NCBI GenBank assembly: GCA_038889235.1
Contig: JAWAHN010000003.1
Location: 383,703 to 415,702 of the forward strand
DNA: 32,000 bases
Source of the DNA: Candidatus Jordarchaeales archaeon
GTDB taxonomy: Archaea; Asgardarchaeota; Jordiarchaeia; Jordiarchaeales; Freyrarchaeaceae
Direction: 5' to 3'
Position numbers and translations under genes: made by a program. A model generated the notes under the pieces. It was not told where the DNA came from, made no database searches, and saw only the letters and a list, made by a program, of their open reading frames with translations. Of this stretch, positions 17,287-26,253 are shown in pieces (the first letter of the stretch is position 1; every line of letters starts with the position of its first letter).

Positions 17287-19059
17287 TTAGGAGGCTTTGC
17301 CTGATTTCAGTGCTTCTAGTTCTCTGAGTTTTCTCCTGAAGAGTTTTCCTACGGGGGTGCGTGGGAGTTGATTTACGAATTCAACTATTCTCGGCCACTT
17401 GTATCCTGCCATGTTCTTCTTAGCCCATTCTATGATGTCCTTTTCGCTGATCTTTCCTTTGTACTCTGGCTTTAGTACTATGAACGCTTTTATCGTCTCA
17501 CCGACTTGTGGGTCAGGTACGCCGATTACTGCGCATTCGAGTACGGCTGGGTGCTTGTAGAGCTCCTTTTCTACGTCTTCTGGCATCACCTTGTAGCCTT
17601 TGTATTTTATCATGTCCTTGGTTCTGCCTGCTATGTAGAAGTAGCCGTTTTCGTCCATTCGAGCGAGATCACCGGTTCTAAGCCAGCCGTCCTCTAGCAG
17701 GACTTCTCTGGTTTTTTCGGGTTGCTTCCAGTAACCCTTCATAACTTGTGGGCCCTTGATGACGAGTTCGCCTACTTTTCCTGGTGGTAGCTCCTCGCCT
17801 GTGTCTGGGTCCACTATTTTGGCGTCTGTGTCGATTACGGGTATTCCTATGCTTTCGCTTATCTTTGGCAGCCATACGGGCTGGCTGTGAGTGACTGGGC
17901 TTGCTTCTGAGAGCCCGTAGCCTTGGCCTACGCGTTCCCCGGTTTTCTCTTTCCACTTCTCTGAGAGGTGTGGTGGCAGTGCATCTGCTCCCGAAACTGA
18001 AAGTGTCAAGGAGGAAAGGTCATACTTGCCGAAACTTGGATGGTTTATGAGTAAGTGATACATTAGGGGTATTCCTATGAATGTTGTGCACTTGTATTGT
18101 TCTATGTGTTTCATGACTAGTTCAGGGTCGAAGCCGCGGTACATGATCATCATGCTTTTAGAAAATATGTATCCTTGAACCATGGTGAAGCCGAAAACAT
18201 GGCACATTGGTAGGACGGCGGCTATGACCCCTCTGCCGAACGCTTCCGGGGTGCGATTACCCATGTTTGTGATATATGACTGGATGACGTTTACAACCAC
18301 GTTATAGTGAGTTAGCATGACACCTTTCGGGAGCCCTGTGGTTCCCCCGGTGTACATTAGGGCACATAAGTCTTCTTTTGGTTTTATCTCGACATCCGGC
18401 GGCTTAGGTGGATATTTCTCAACGAACTCCTTGTATTTTGTCGCCCCCGGCATGGCTTCGCCCACCACGATTACTTCGTCGATCCCCACTTCGTCTCTCG
18501 CTTTCTCGACCTCTGGATATATTTCAGAGGTGCAAAAGACGGCTTTTAATATGCCACTGTCCTTAGCTATGTGAACTATGTCCGGGGCCTTTAGCAAGGG
18601 GTTTATTGGGATTACCGCCGCCCCTGTTTGCGTTATGCCGTACAGGGAGAACACGAACTCGGGGCAGTTCGCCATGTAGACTCCAACGGCGTCACCCTTG
18701 CCTATACCGATGTCGCTTAGCCCGGCGGCGATCTTGTCGCTCCAGTACATCAACTCACGGTAAGTGTACTTTCGCTCTTCAGGAACGTAGTATATGGCAA
18801 CATTGTTTGGAAAGTTCTCGGCGGCTTCGCGGCCGAAGAAGTGTACGGGGATTTCCGGGTACTCTATTGTTTTGGGGATGCTTACTATTTCGCCTTCAGG
18901 TCTGCCGTACCACTTTATGCGGTACTCTTTACCATACCATTTACTCCACGGGCGATCTGGCCTAACCCATGGACTCTCCCTATCGTAGAAGAGCTTGATT
19001 TCGTAAAACTTGTTATTTATTCTAACTTCAGACAACCCACTCACTCCAACCCCACCCAT
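17287..19059 (-). CDS. Long-chain-fatty-acid-CoA ligase family (AMP-forming acyl-CoA synthetase)
   Basis: YTGGTTGLPKG, GQGYGLSEASP, LRTGDLA, GRTKDMIKYKG and PRTPVGKL. The start codon is uncertain between 19059, 19044 and 19035. Confidence 0.95.
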   Translation of the reverse strand: MGGVGVSGLSEVRINNKFYEIKLFYDRESPWVRPDRPWSKWYGKEYRIKWYGRPEGEIVSIPKTIEYPEIPVHFFGREAAENFPNNVAIYYVPEERKYTYRELMYWSDKIAAGLSDIGIGKGDAVGVYMANCPEFVFSLYGITQTGAAVIPINPLLKAPDIVHIAKDSGILKAVFCTSEIYPEVEKARDEVGIDEVIVVGEAMPGATKYKEFVEKYPPKPPDVEIKPKEDLCALMYTGGTTGLPKGVMLTHYNVVVNVIQSYITNMGNRTPEAFGRGVIAAVLPMCHVFGFTMVQGYIFSKSMMIMYRGFDPELVMKHIEQYKCTTFIGIPLMYHLLINHPSFGKYDLSSLTLSVSGADALPPHLSEKWKEKTGERVGQGYGLSEASPVTHSQPVWLPKISESIGIPVIDTDAKIVDPDTGEELPPGKVGELVIKGPQVMKGYWKQPEKTREVLLEDGWLRTGDLARMDENGYFYIAGRTKDMIKYKGYKVMPEDVEKELYKHPAVLECAVIGVPDPQVGETIKAFIVLKPEYKGKISEKDIIEWAKKNMAGYKWPRIVEFVNQLPRTPVGKLFRRKLRELEALKSGKAS

Positions 19060-19122
19060 CTATAGATTACAGCTTTTTGCAAAGGAATATTATAGGAGGG
19101 GAGGACGATATTAATATATTGG

Positions 19123-19147
19123 TTTTAGGCTTCGAAGAATCCTAAAA
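19123..19147. promoter_or_regulatory. 25-bp imperfect palindrome upstream of the acyl-CoA ligase TATA
   Basis: TTTTAGG-C-TTC-GAA-GAA-T-CCTAAAA; AT-rich TATA-like AATATATTAA at 19120-19111 on the minus strand. Confidence 0.5.
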
Positions 19148-19252
19148 CTTAGGTTTTCTCCTGTATTGTCTTTTCGATAGGCGTGCGGGAGATCACCGGT
19201 TACTATGCGACTGCCTACTAGGGTTCCCCCTTGCAGATTCGAGGAAGCGAAA

Positions 19253-19564
19253 TTAAGCGTTTTTAATGGGTACCGTTATTGTGCGCCCTCCCTTTCCAAC
19301 TACAGTGCATGTTGCTGCTTTCAGTCCTTTAAGTTCTATAACGTGTTCGAAAGGAGTTATGACTGAAGCTGCAACGGAGTGTTTACTTACTCTGCCAACT
19401 ATCTTGATTACCACCTTTCTACCTGAAAACTCTAGTTCTTCGTGGTCAAACTTCCAAGCCGGAGTCGGCCACGCCCCTCGAATTTTTACCCTAACTACTC
19501 CTGCTGAGGGTGATTTGACTTCAACGTGGTCGACGAAGCATAAGTCGTAAACATACTCATCCAA
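19253..19564 (-). CDS. Small all-beta hypothetical protein (possible Ig-like sandwich)
   Basis: TTG start with GGTGG SD; alternating strand pattern with GAWPTPAW and VITPFEHVIEL motifs. Confidence 0.65.
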   Translation of the reverse strand: MDEYVYDLCFVDHVEVKSPSAGVVRVKIRGAWPTPAWKFDHEELEFSGRKVVIKIVGRVSKHSVAASVITPFEHVIELKGLKAATCTVVGKGGRTITVPIKNA

Positions 19565-19685
19565 TGGGCAGCCACCACATTTAACTTCAGTGAATCTTCA
19601 CTCAAGAAGAAGTGTTAAGATTTTAATACTTTTAACTTCTTATTCTAATTTTTGCCGCCAAGGAGGTTTTGAGGCTGGGTTTTGG

Positions 19686-20729
19686 ATGGTTGAAGGGGAG
19701 GTTTATGACAAGGTTATGGATGCACGTGAAGCAGTTAAGCGCTTTGTTCGTGACGGACAGGACTTAGCTTCAGGGAACTTTCTCCACGCGATACCTTATG
19801 CTCTTATACATGAAATTATTAGGCAGAGAAAGCGCGATTTAACGTTTTGGCTTCTATCTGCTATAGACGAAGTAGACCTGCTCTTGGCGGGAGGGTGCGT
19901 TAGGCGTGTTGTGACGAGCTACGCCCACAGAGCTTTTGGTCTCCCAACGGAGCTCGACAGAGCGTTGAAAGAAGGCAGGGTCGAGCTGGAGGATTACACC
20001 AACTTCACTCTTTTGGCGAGGTTTAAGGCTGGAGCTATGGGCTACCCTTTCATGCCTGTTTTGTACGGTGTTAAGTATACTGACATTTACAGGGTGCGCT
20101 CGTTTCTTGGTGAGAAAAAGTTTGGGGAGGTTGAGTGTCCCTTCACTGGGAAGAAAGTTCTTGTTGTTCCCCCCGTAAACCCGGATGTAGCTATAGTTCA
20201 CGTTCAAAGAGTGGATGAGCAGGGTAATGCCCAGCTTTGGGGGTCTGCGGCTTGTGCTAAGTGGGTTTGTTTTGCTGCTAGGAAAGTTATTGTTTCTGCT
20301 GAGGAGATAGTTGATGTGCAGACGATTAAAAGGACACCTAATTACACCGTTATTCCGGGGTTTAAGGTAGACGCTGTTGTTGAGGAGCCGTGGGGAGCGC
20401 ATCCAAACGCCGTTCTCGGATATTATGGGGAAGATGAAACGTTCAGGGGAATGTTTTACATTTCAAATGCAAACAGTGAGTTGTTAAGGAGGTTTATGGA
20501 GGAGTGGGTTTACGGTGTTGATTCGAGACAGGAGTACATGAAGAGGTATGTTGAGAGGTTCGGTTTTAGGGCGCTTCAAAGGCTTAAGGCGAAAACTCGC
20601 ATGAGCGACTCGGTTAACTTTGGGGTTCCATCTGAGGGGTACTGGAGCAACGGTTACTGTAGCATACTTGACGTTAAGTGGGACGAGTTTGAAGACCTGT
20701 TGAAAGAGTTGGGGATGGTGGTTAAATGA
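19686..20729 (+). CDS. Family I CoA-transferase alpha subunit (glutaconate CoA-transferase GctA-like)
   Basis: KVMDAREAVKRFVRDG, RFKAGAMGYPFMP and PDVAIVHVQRVDEQGNAQLWG. Start re-placed at ATG 19686. Confidence 0.9.
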   Translation: MVEGEVYDKVMDAREAVKRFVRDGQDLASGNFLHAIPYALIHEIIRQRKRDLTFWLLSAIDEVDLLLAGGCVRRVVTSYAHRAFGLPTELDRALKEGRVELEDYTNFTLLARFKAGAMGYPFMPVLYGVKYTDIYRVRSFLGEKKFGEVECPFTGKKVLVVPPVNPDVAIVHVQRVDEQGNAQLWGSAACAKWVCFAARKVIVSAEEIVDVQTIKRTPNYTVIPGFKVDAVVEEPWGAHPNAVLGYYGEDETFRGMFYISNANSELLRRFMEEWVYGVDSRQEYMKRYVERFGFRALQRLKAKTRMSDSVNFGVPSEGYWSNGYCSILDVKWDEFEDLLKELGMVVK

Positions 20730-21535
20730 GTGGAGTTTACACCTACCATGAGCTGATGATGGTGTGCGTCGCGAAGGAGGTGAGGGACAGAGAAGTAGTT
20801 GTGATGGGGCAAGGGTTGCCTATGATTGCATGCCTAGTTGCTAAGCTGACCCACGCGCCGAACAGCATTCTGCTAACCGAGGCGGGCATTGTAGACATTG
20901 TTCCGACAAAGGCGCTTTTCAGCGTCGGAGACCCGACGGCGGTGAAAGGTTTCAGCTACTTCTGCGACCTCTTTGACGTCAACACCATCATACTTAACAA
21001 GGGGCTAGTTGACTTGGCCGTTCTTGGAGCGGCACAAGTGGACAAGTATGGCAACGTGAATTCTACGATTGTCAAAAACCAGGGTGAAGTTATGAGGATC
21101 ACCGGATGCGGCGGAGCCCCGGAGTTTGCAGCATACGCGAAAAGAACGGTGATAACGCTTGTTGGAGGACGCTTCGTGGAGAAGCTCGACTACTTTAGCA
21201 CTCCTGGATACTTTGACGGAGGCGACTCCCGGTATAGGGCTGGCTTCCCTCCAAGGTCTGGACCCTCAGCTGTGGTGACGCTTAAAGGCATTTTCAGGTT
21301 TGACGAGAAAACTAAAGAGCTCTACCTCGATGCAATATATCCCGGAGTGACCGTCGAGGAGGTTAGGAAAGACATACCGTGGGAGCTAAAAGTGTCCCCT
21401 AAGCTTAAAGTCGTAGAGCCTCCTTCAAAGGAGTACTTGGAAGCTGTGAGAAAGCTTGCTCCAGAATACAGCCTCCCGACGAAGAGTAGGCTTAGCAGGC
21501 GTGTGCAGGCAGCAACAAAGCAAATATTTACCTAG
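20726..21535 (+). CDS. Family I CoA-transferase beta subunit (GctB-like)
   Basis: ILLTEAG (catalytic Glu region), LGAAQVDKYGNVNST, GCGGAPE and TLKGIFRFDE; ATGA overlap with the alpha subunit. Confidence 0.9.
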   Translation: MSGVYTYHELMMVCVAKEVRDREVVVMGQGLPMIACLVAKLTHAPNSILLTEAGIVDIVPTKALFSVGDPTAVKGFSYFCDLFDVNTIILNKGLVDLAVLGAAQVDKYGNVNSTIVKNQGEVMRITGCGGAPEFAAYAKRTVITLVGGRFVEKLDYFSTPGYFDGGDSRYRAGFPPRSGPSAVVTLKGIFRFDEKTKELYLDAIYPGVTVEEVRKDIPWELKVSPKLKVVEPPSKEYLEAVRKLAPEYSLPTKSRLSRRVQAATKQIFT

Positions 21536-21580
21536 AGTAGTAGTATCGTCACACATGCTCTAAATATTAATGCCATCACA

Positions 21581-21595
21581 GGAAATGTTTATATG
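21581..21595 (+). promoter_or_regulatory. BRE + TATA upstream of the HPrK-like gene
   Basis: GGAAATG-TTTATATG, same form as the 4684-4698 promoter. Confidence 0.65.
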
Positions 21596-21716
21596 CAGGT
21601 AGAGGAGAGGAGAACTAAAGAAGAGCGGCTTCTTTTCGCATAACCCAAAATTAACATCTTAAGATAGGAGTGCTCTTTCAGTTGCGTTATGCTTCAAGGT
21701 TGGTGGTTGCTAACAG

Positions 21717-22691
21717 TTGGTGGTTAAATTGGAGTACGAGGTTAGGTTGATTTCCCCAGACGAAGAAGATGAGATATTAGAGAGACTTGAGAAGGCTAGG
21801 AGGCTGAAGTATAAGAGGAAGGCTAAAATTTACGGTACTGTAATTAAGCTCGTTACAGATGTCAGAGAGGTTGTCGACATCTTCGAGCGCAACTTTTTCA
21901 TGAGCGATGAAGACGTTAGGAGCCACGGGAGGGTCTTCTACTTCTTTGACCCGGCGTACCCTAAGGACACCATACTTTACCAGCCTCAGGGTAGGACTTG
22001 TTTCATGTTCAACGTGGACTACTATGGTAAGCTGAAGAGCACCGTGCTTAGCGTAGCTGGAGACATACTCGAAGACGTGCACGCTGTCTACAGTGTTCAT
22101 GGAGCAGCTCTTAGTATGAGCAAGTGGGGGAAGGGAGTGGGCATAGTGGCACCCAGTGGTACGGGTAAGACCACGCACACGTTTGGTCTGATGAAGGTTG
22201 ATGGAGCTAGGCTTGTGAGCGACGACTGGTTTTTCGTGAGGTTCTACGAGCACGACGCGGTTGCTTATGCCAGTGAGAAGGAGATCTACGTGAGAAATGA
22301 TATAGTGAACATATTTCCTGAGATCAAGGAGCTGATAGAAGAAGAGAAACTGGATGCCTATGGGAGAGCCGTGGTGAACCTCAGGTGGTTCATGGGTGAG
22401 CATAGATTCTACCCTATGACAACGCTGGATGTGATGATCTTGCTGAAAAGAGATCCAGGGGACCCGCAGGTGGTTAGAGAGCTTACACCTGAGGAGGGGC
22501 TGGAGTACATGGTTAAGCACGATTACTTGAATCCACACCTACTCCAAAAAGATGAAAGGAAAACTAAGGTTAGAAACAGGTTCTTCTTGGAACTCTTCAG
22601 GAGGACGAAAACCTACATGGTGAATACGACTCCCCCGCCGCACGAAACGCAAAGGATAATACGGGAAACTATAAGAAAAGCGCCCACTTAG
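21717..22691 (+). CDS. HPr kinase/PEPCK-like P-loop kinase of unknown function
   Basis: VHGAAL...GVGIVAPSGTGKTT followed by RLVSDDW: the His / Walker A / DD arrangement of the HPrK-PEPCK superfamily. Confidence 0.8.
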   Translation: MVVKLEYEVRLISPDEEDEILERLEKARRLKYKRKAKIYGTVIKLVTDVREVVDIFERNFFMSDEDVRSHGRVFYFFDPAYPKDTILYQPQGRTCFMFNVDYYGKLKSTVLSVAGDILEDVHAVYSVHGAALSMSKWGKGVGIVAPSGTGKTTHTFGLMKVDGARLVSDDWFFVRFYEHDAVAYASEKEIYVRNDIVNIFPEIKELIEEEKLDAYGRAVVNLRWFMGEHRFYPMTTLDVMILLKRDPGDPQVVRELTPEEGLEYMVKHDYLNPHLLQKDERKTKVRNRFFLELFRRTKTYMVNTTPPPHETQRIIRETIRKAPT

Positions 22692-22697
22692 AGAAGT

Positions 22698-23078
22698 CTA
22701 CATGGATTTAAGGACCGCCTCTATTTTCTCTCTCGCCCTCGCCATTTCGACGAGCAGTAGTCCTATGTTTGCCCCCGGCCTCGTTATGGCTGACAACACC
22801 GCTCCTTTTCCGACTCCTATTATTGTTATGTCTCCTTTGTTTCCGCTGACGATTATTTTTTCTAGTTCTCCTTTTGCTAGTTCGCTTAGTGCTCTTGAGC
22901 CTATGTTTAGTATTGCTGCGCTCATCGCCGCTATTAGACCTTCGTCTGCACTCTTCGGTAGGGCTGAAGCCATAACGAGCCCATCAGTCCTAACAATAGC
23001 CGAAGCCTCAACATCCGGGTCACTCGCCTCCATCTCCTTAAGGATTTTCTCCAACTCCTCACGCCACCTCTTAGACAA
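22698..23078 (-). CDS. Roadblock/LC7 (MglB-like) protein
   Basis: VEASAIVRTDGLVMAS, IAAMSAAILNIG, IIVSGNKG and NIGLLLVEM; TTG start with GAGGTGGAG SD. Confidence 0.92.
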   Translation of the reverse strand: MSKRWREELEKILKEMEASDPDVEASAIVRTDGLVMASALPKSADEGLIAAMSAAILNIGSRALSELAKGELEKIIVSGNKGDITIIGVGKGAVLSAITRPGANIGLLLVEMARAREKIEAVLKSM

Positions 23079-23151
23079 AACACTCCACCTCTTAAATTCG
23101 TCACCCTTAAGAACAATTAAGGAGGATGTTGGTATTAAATTTTTGCTGAGA

Positions 23152-23811
23152 CTATTTGAATGGTGGATCTATTAGGTTCAACAGTTTGGGGAGTTCCCGG
23201 GCGCTTTCAAGTATAGCATCCGGCTTCACCAGTTCGAGCACTTCTCGTTTAACCCCACCGCTTAGCACAGCTACTGTGAAGGCGCCAACTTTCTTTCCCG
23301 CTTCTACATCGGCTAGGTAGTCTCCGACTACTATGCACTCATTCGGTTTTACGCCGATTTCACCAAGGACTCTGAGTAACTCCTCCTCCTTGGAGTAGTA
23401 ATCTTTAACGTTTTGGTTTTTTGCGCAAACTACGTCGATGTACTTTGCTAAACCGTGCTTTTCAAGCTCGCTCCACACGCTTTGAGAACTGCACACTCTG
23501 CCAGTAACTACGCACACAAGCAAGCCTTTTTCCCTGAGTTCTTTGAGCGTCTCCTCGATCCCAGGTATGGGAGCGTCGCTATTCGAGCTAGTCTCCCCAT
23601 AACGCACAAGGAAGTGCCTCCAGAAAGTTTTTCTTAAATTCTCAGGGATCACGTCGTCGAGGGCTGCTTTAGAGTAAAGCTCTTCAAACGTTTTCCGGGT
23701 TATCTGTGGGAGAGAGAAGGATTCTAGCGTTTCGTTGAACAGCCGGAAAAAACGCTCCCTCGTGTCGATTAGCGTCCCATCGAGGTCGAATATTACTGCT
23801 TTCACTTTCAA
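23152..23811 (-). CDS. HAD-superfamily hydrolase (phosphoglycolate phosphatase-like)
   Basis: Motif I IFDLDGTLIDT, motif II VVTG and motif IV VGDYLADVEAGK. Start re-placed at TTG 23811 to avoid overlap with gltX. Confidence 0.9.
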   Translation of the reverse strand: MKVKAVIFDLDGTLIDTRERFFRLFNETLESFSLPQITRKTFEELYSKAALDDVIPENLRKTFWRHFLVRYGETSSNSDAPIPGIEETLKELREKGLLVCVVTGRVCSSQSVWSELEKHGLAKYIDVVCAKNQNVKDYYSKEEELLRVLGEIGVKPNECIVVGDYLADVEAGKKVGAFTVAVLSGGVKREVLELVKPDAILESARELPKLLNLIDPPFK

Positions 23812-23913
23812 GAGCTCAGCCCCATGCCCCCATTTGGAGGGAGGAATTTTTAAGTTTGCTTTCAGCTTTATTCTTGAAAGCAGAACTAGGCTCCTCAAAG
23901 GAGGTTCTCGTTC

Positions 23914-25650
23914 TTGGAGGAAGAGCTTAGGAGGAAGCTCCTGAAGCACGTCCTCAGCAACGCTGTCAAGTATGGTGGTAAAGCGGACCCGAAAGCCGTC
24001 ATGGGGAAGGTCTTGTCGGAAATGCCCGAACTAAAGCAGAGAGCAAGGGAGATACTTAAGCTCGTCGAAGAACTCGTCAAGGAAGTTAACGCCATGACCT
24101 TGGATGAACAAAGAAGGAAACTAGAGCAGATATCCCCAGAGGAAGTGAAAGAGAAGAAAGTCGAGGAGAGAAAGGAGCTTCCTCCTCTCCCAAACGTCGA
24201 AAAGTATGGGAAAGTTGTTATGAGGCTTGCCCCATATCCCTCAGGGCCCCTTCACATAGGAAATGCTAGAATGGCAATTTTGAACGACGAATACGTCAAG
24301 CGGTACCGTGGGGAGCTACTTCTAGTGTTTGATGACACGATAGGTGGAGGGGGTAAACGTGTGCTGCCAGAGGCCTATGACCTCATAAGGGAGGGGTTGC
24401 AATGGCTTGGAGTGAAATGGAGCAAGGAGTACTACAAGTCTGATAGGCTCCCGATATTCTACGAATACTGTGCAGATTTGATCGAGAAAGGGCACGCCTA
24501 TGTCTGCACGTGTAAGCAGGAGGTGTGGAGGGAGGAGTTCAAGAAAAAGATGAGGGCGTGCCCTCACAGGGATACACCTATCGAGGATAACCTTGAAAAG
24601 TGGGAGCGCATGCTGGAGGGGGGATACGGCGAGGGAGAGGCTGTAGTGAGACTTAAAACAGGCATGGATCTACCAGACCCAGCCTTAAGAGATCACGTCA
24701 TAATGAGGATTTCCGAGAGAGAGCACCCTCGTGTTGGTTCAAAATACCGCGTGTGGCCACTCCTTGAGTTCTCGTGGGCTATAGATGACCACCTCTTGGG
24801 CATAACTCACATTTTGAGGGGTAAAGACCTTGTTAAGGAAGATGCCATCGAGAAGTTCGTGTGGAGAATATACGGGTGGCCTGGAGCCGAGTTCATACAC
24901 TACGGCATGCTCACCTTTAGAGGGGTGAAGCTTAGCAAGACTGAGGCACGCCTAAACATAGAGAGAGGGGTATACCTGGGTTGGAGTGACCCGCGGACGT
25001 GGAGTTTACAGTCCCTTCAGAGGAGGGGGATAAAGCCGGAGGCGCTGAGGGAGTCCATATTAAGTCTTGGGCTAAGCTTGATTGACGTGGAATACAGCCC
25101 AGAGAACCTTTACGCGGTTAACAGAAGGATGATAGACCCGGAGGCCGACAGGTACTTCTTTGTAGAAAAACCAGTCGAGTTGATTGTTAGGAGAGTTCCT
25201 TCAGATAAGCTTGTGGCGCGCCCACCAGTGCACCCGGACTTTCCGGAGAGAGGGACAAGGATCATCGAGGTCGATGTTAAAGACGGGTGTGCCAGGCTTT
25301 ACATAGACGAGAGGGACGCGTCTAAGATGAGCGAGGGAAGTGTTTTCAGGCTTAAGGACCTGATGAACTTCAAAGTGGAGGAGAGGAGCGGCGAGAGAGT
25401 TGTTGGAGAATTTCACAGCATGAGCATTGAAGAAGCTAGGACGCTTAAGGCGCCGATCATACACTGGGTTCCCTCTGAGGGATGGGTGAAAATCAAAGTA
25501 GTGAAGCCGGATGGGGAGGTTGTCGAGGGACTAGGTGAACCTTACTGCAGGAAACTGACTCCTAACAAGATAGTCCAGTTTGAAAGGTATGGCTTCTGTA
25601 AGGTGGACTCCGTGGAACCAGAGATAACCCTTTTCTTTACCCATAGTTAG
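23914..25650 (+). CDS. gltX: Glutamate-tRNA ligase, archaeal type
   Basis: Archaeal N-terminal extension (NAVKYGGKADPKAVMGK), RLAPYPSGPLHIGN (HIGH), CTC, THILRGKD, KLSKT (KMSKS) and QFERYGFCKVD; GGAGG SD. Confidence 0.97.
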   Translation: MEEELRRKLLKHVLSNAVKYGGKADPKAVMGKVLSEMPELKQRAREILKLVEELVKEVNAMTLDEQRRKLEQISPEEVKEKKVEERKELPPLPNVEKYGKVVMRLAPYPSGPLHIGNARMAILNDEYVKRYRGELLLVFDDTIGGGGKRVLPEAYDLIREGLQWLGVKWSKEYYKSDRLPIFYEYCADLIEKGHAYVCTCKQEVWREEFKKKMRACPHRDTPIEDNLEKWERMLEGGYGEGEAVVRLKTGMDLPDPALRDHVIMRISEREHPRVGSKYRVWPLLEFSWAIDDHLLGITHILRGKDLVKEDAIEKFVWRIYGWPGAEFIHYGMLTFRGVKLSKTEARLNIERGVYLGWSDPRTWSLQSLQRRGIKPEALRESILSLGLSLIDVEYSPENLYAVNRRMIDPEADRYFFVEKPVELIVRRVPSDKLVARPPVHPDFPERGTRIIEVDVKDGCARLYIDERDASKMSEGSVFRLKDLMNFKVEERSGERVVGEFHSMSIEEARTLKAPIIHWVPSEGWVKIKVVKPDGEVVEGLGEPYCRKLTPNKIVQFERYGFCKVDSVEPEITLFFTHS

Positions 25651-25659
25651 AAGAAAGGG

Positions 25660-26205
25660 GTGACAGCTACGGGTGTTGAGCCCGTTCAGCTAACTTCGTT
25701 CGTTACAGCTCTTCTAGCCCTTACATTGGCATCTTACTTTGACCTAAAGGAGAGGAGGGTGCCGAACAGACTGTGGGTTCCCCCTTTGCTGGGGGGAATA
25801 CCGTCAGCGCTCATACTTGTAGAGCGCGGGATTCTGGTAGTTGAGGAGGTAGCTGTCAGCGTAGCTTCAGCTGTGTTAATCGCGCAGGCGTTACACAGGT
25901 TGAAAATTTTGGGCGGAGCGGACTGTAAAGCAATCATAGTATCCTGTCTCTTAGTCCCGGTAGGGTGCAACCGTCTACCGGTACACTTTTTCCCCTTGGC
26001 ATTGACGACAAACTTGTTCATCATACTTGGAGCTTTGACGGTAGCCGCAGCAGCAGTGAACACGCTTACAGGGAAATGGTTCAAGGAAGAGAAGAGGGGG
26101 TTCTCCTGGAGAACATTTTCTCCCCCGATAATGCCACTTATGGCCTTAAGTTTGGTAGCCTCCTTCTTTTTCGGCAACCTCGCTCTCATTTCTCTTTCTC
26201 GCTAG
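25660..26205 (+). CDS. A24-family prepilin/prearchaellin peptidase-like membrane protein
   Basis: Hydrophobic protein with FDLKERRVPN and LGGADCK (two catalytic Asp, GxGD-like variant). Confidence 0.8.
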   Translation: MTATGVEPVQLTSFVTALLALTLASYFDLKERRVPNRLWVPPLLGGIPSALILVERGILVVEEVAVSVASAVLIAQALHRLKILGGADCKAIIVSCLLVPVGCNRLPVHFFPLALTTNLFIILGALTVAAAAVNTLTGKWFKEEKRGFSWRTFSPPIMPLMALSLVASFFFGNLALISLSR

Positions 26206-26253
26206 TAGAGCGGCGAGTGGCTCCGAGAAACACCTTAAATACCCTTTGCCTTA

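Noticed and set aside
19590-19685. N-terminal 32 aa of the CoA-transferase alpha track ORF
   Set aside because: AT-rich promoter-like sequence; family-like sequence starts at ATG 19686.
23812-23949. N-terminal extension of the HAD track ORF
   Set aside because: It would overlap the divergent gltX start and SD; motif I sits right after TTG 23811.
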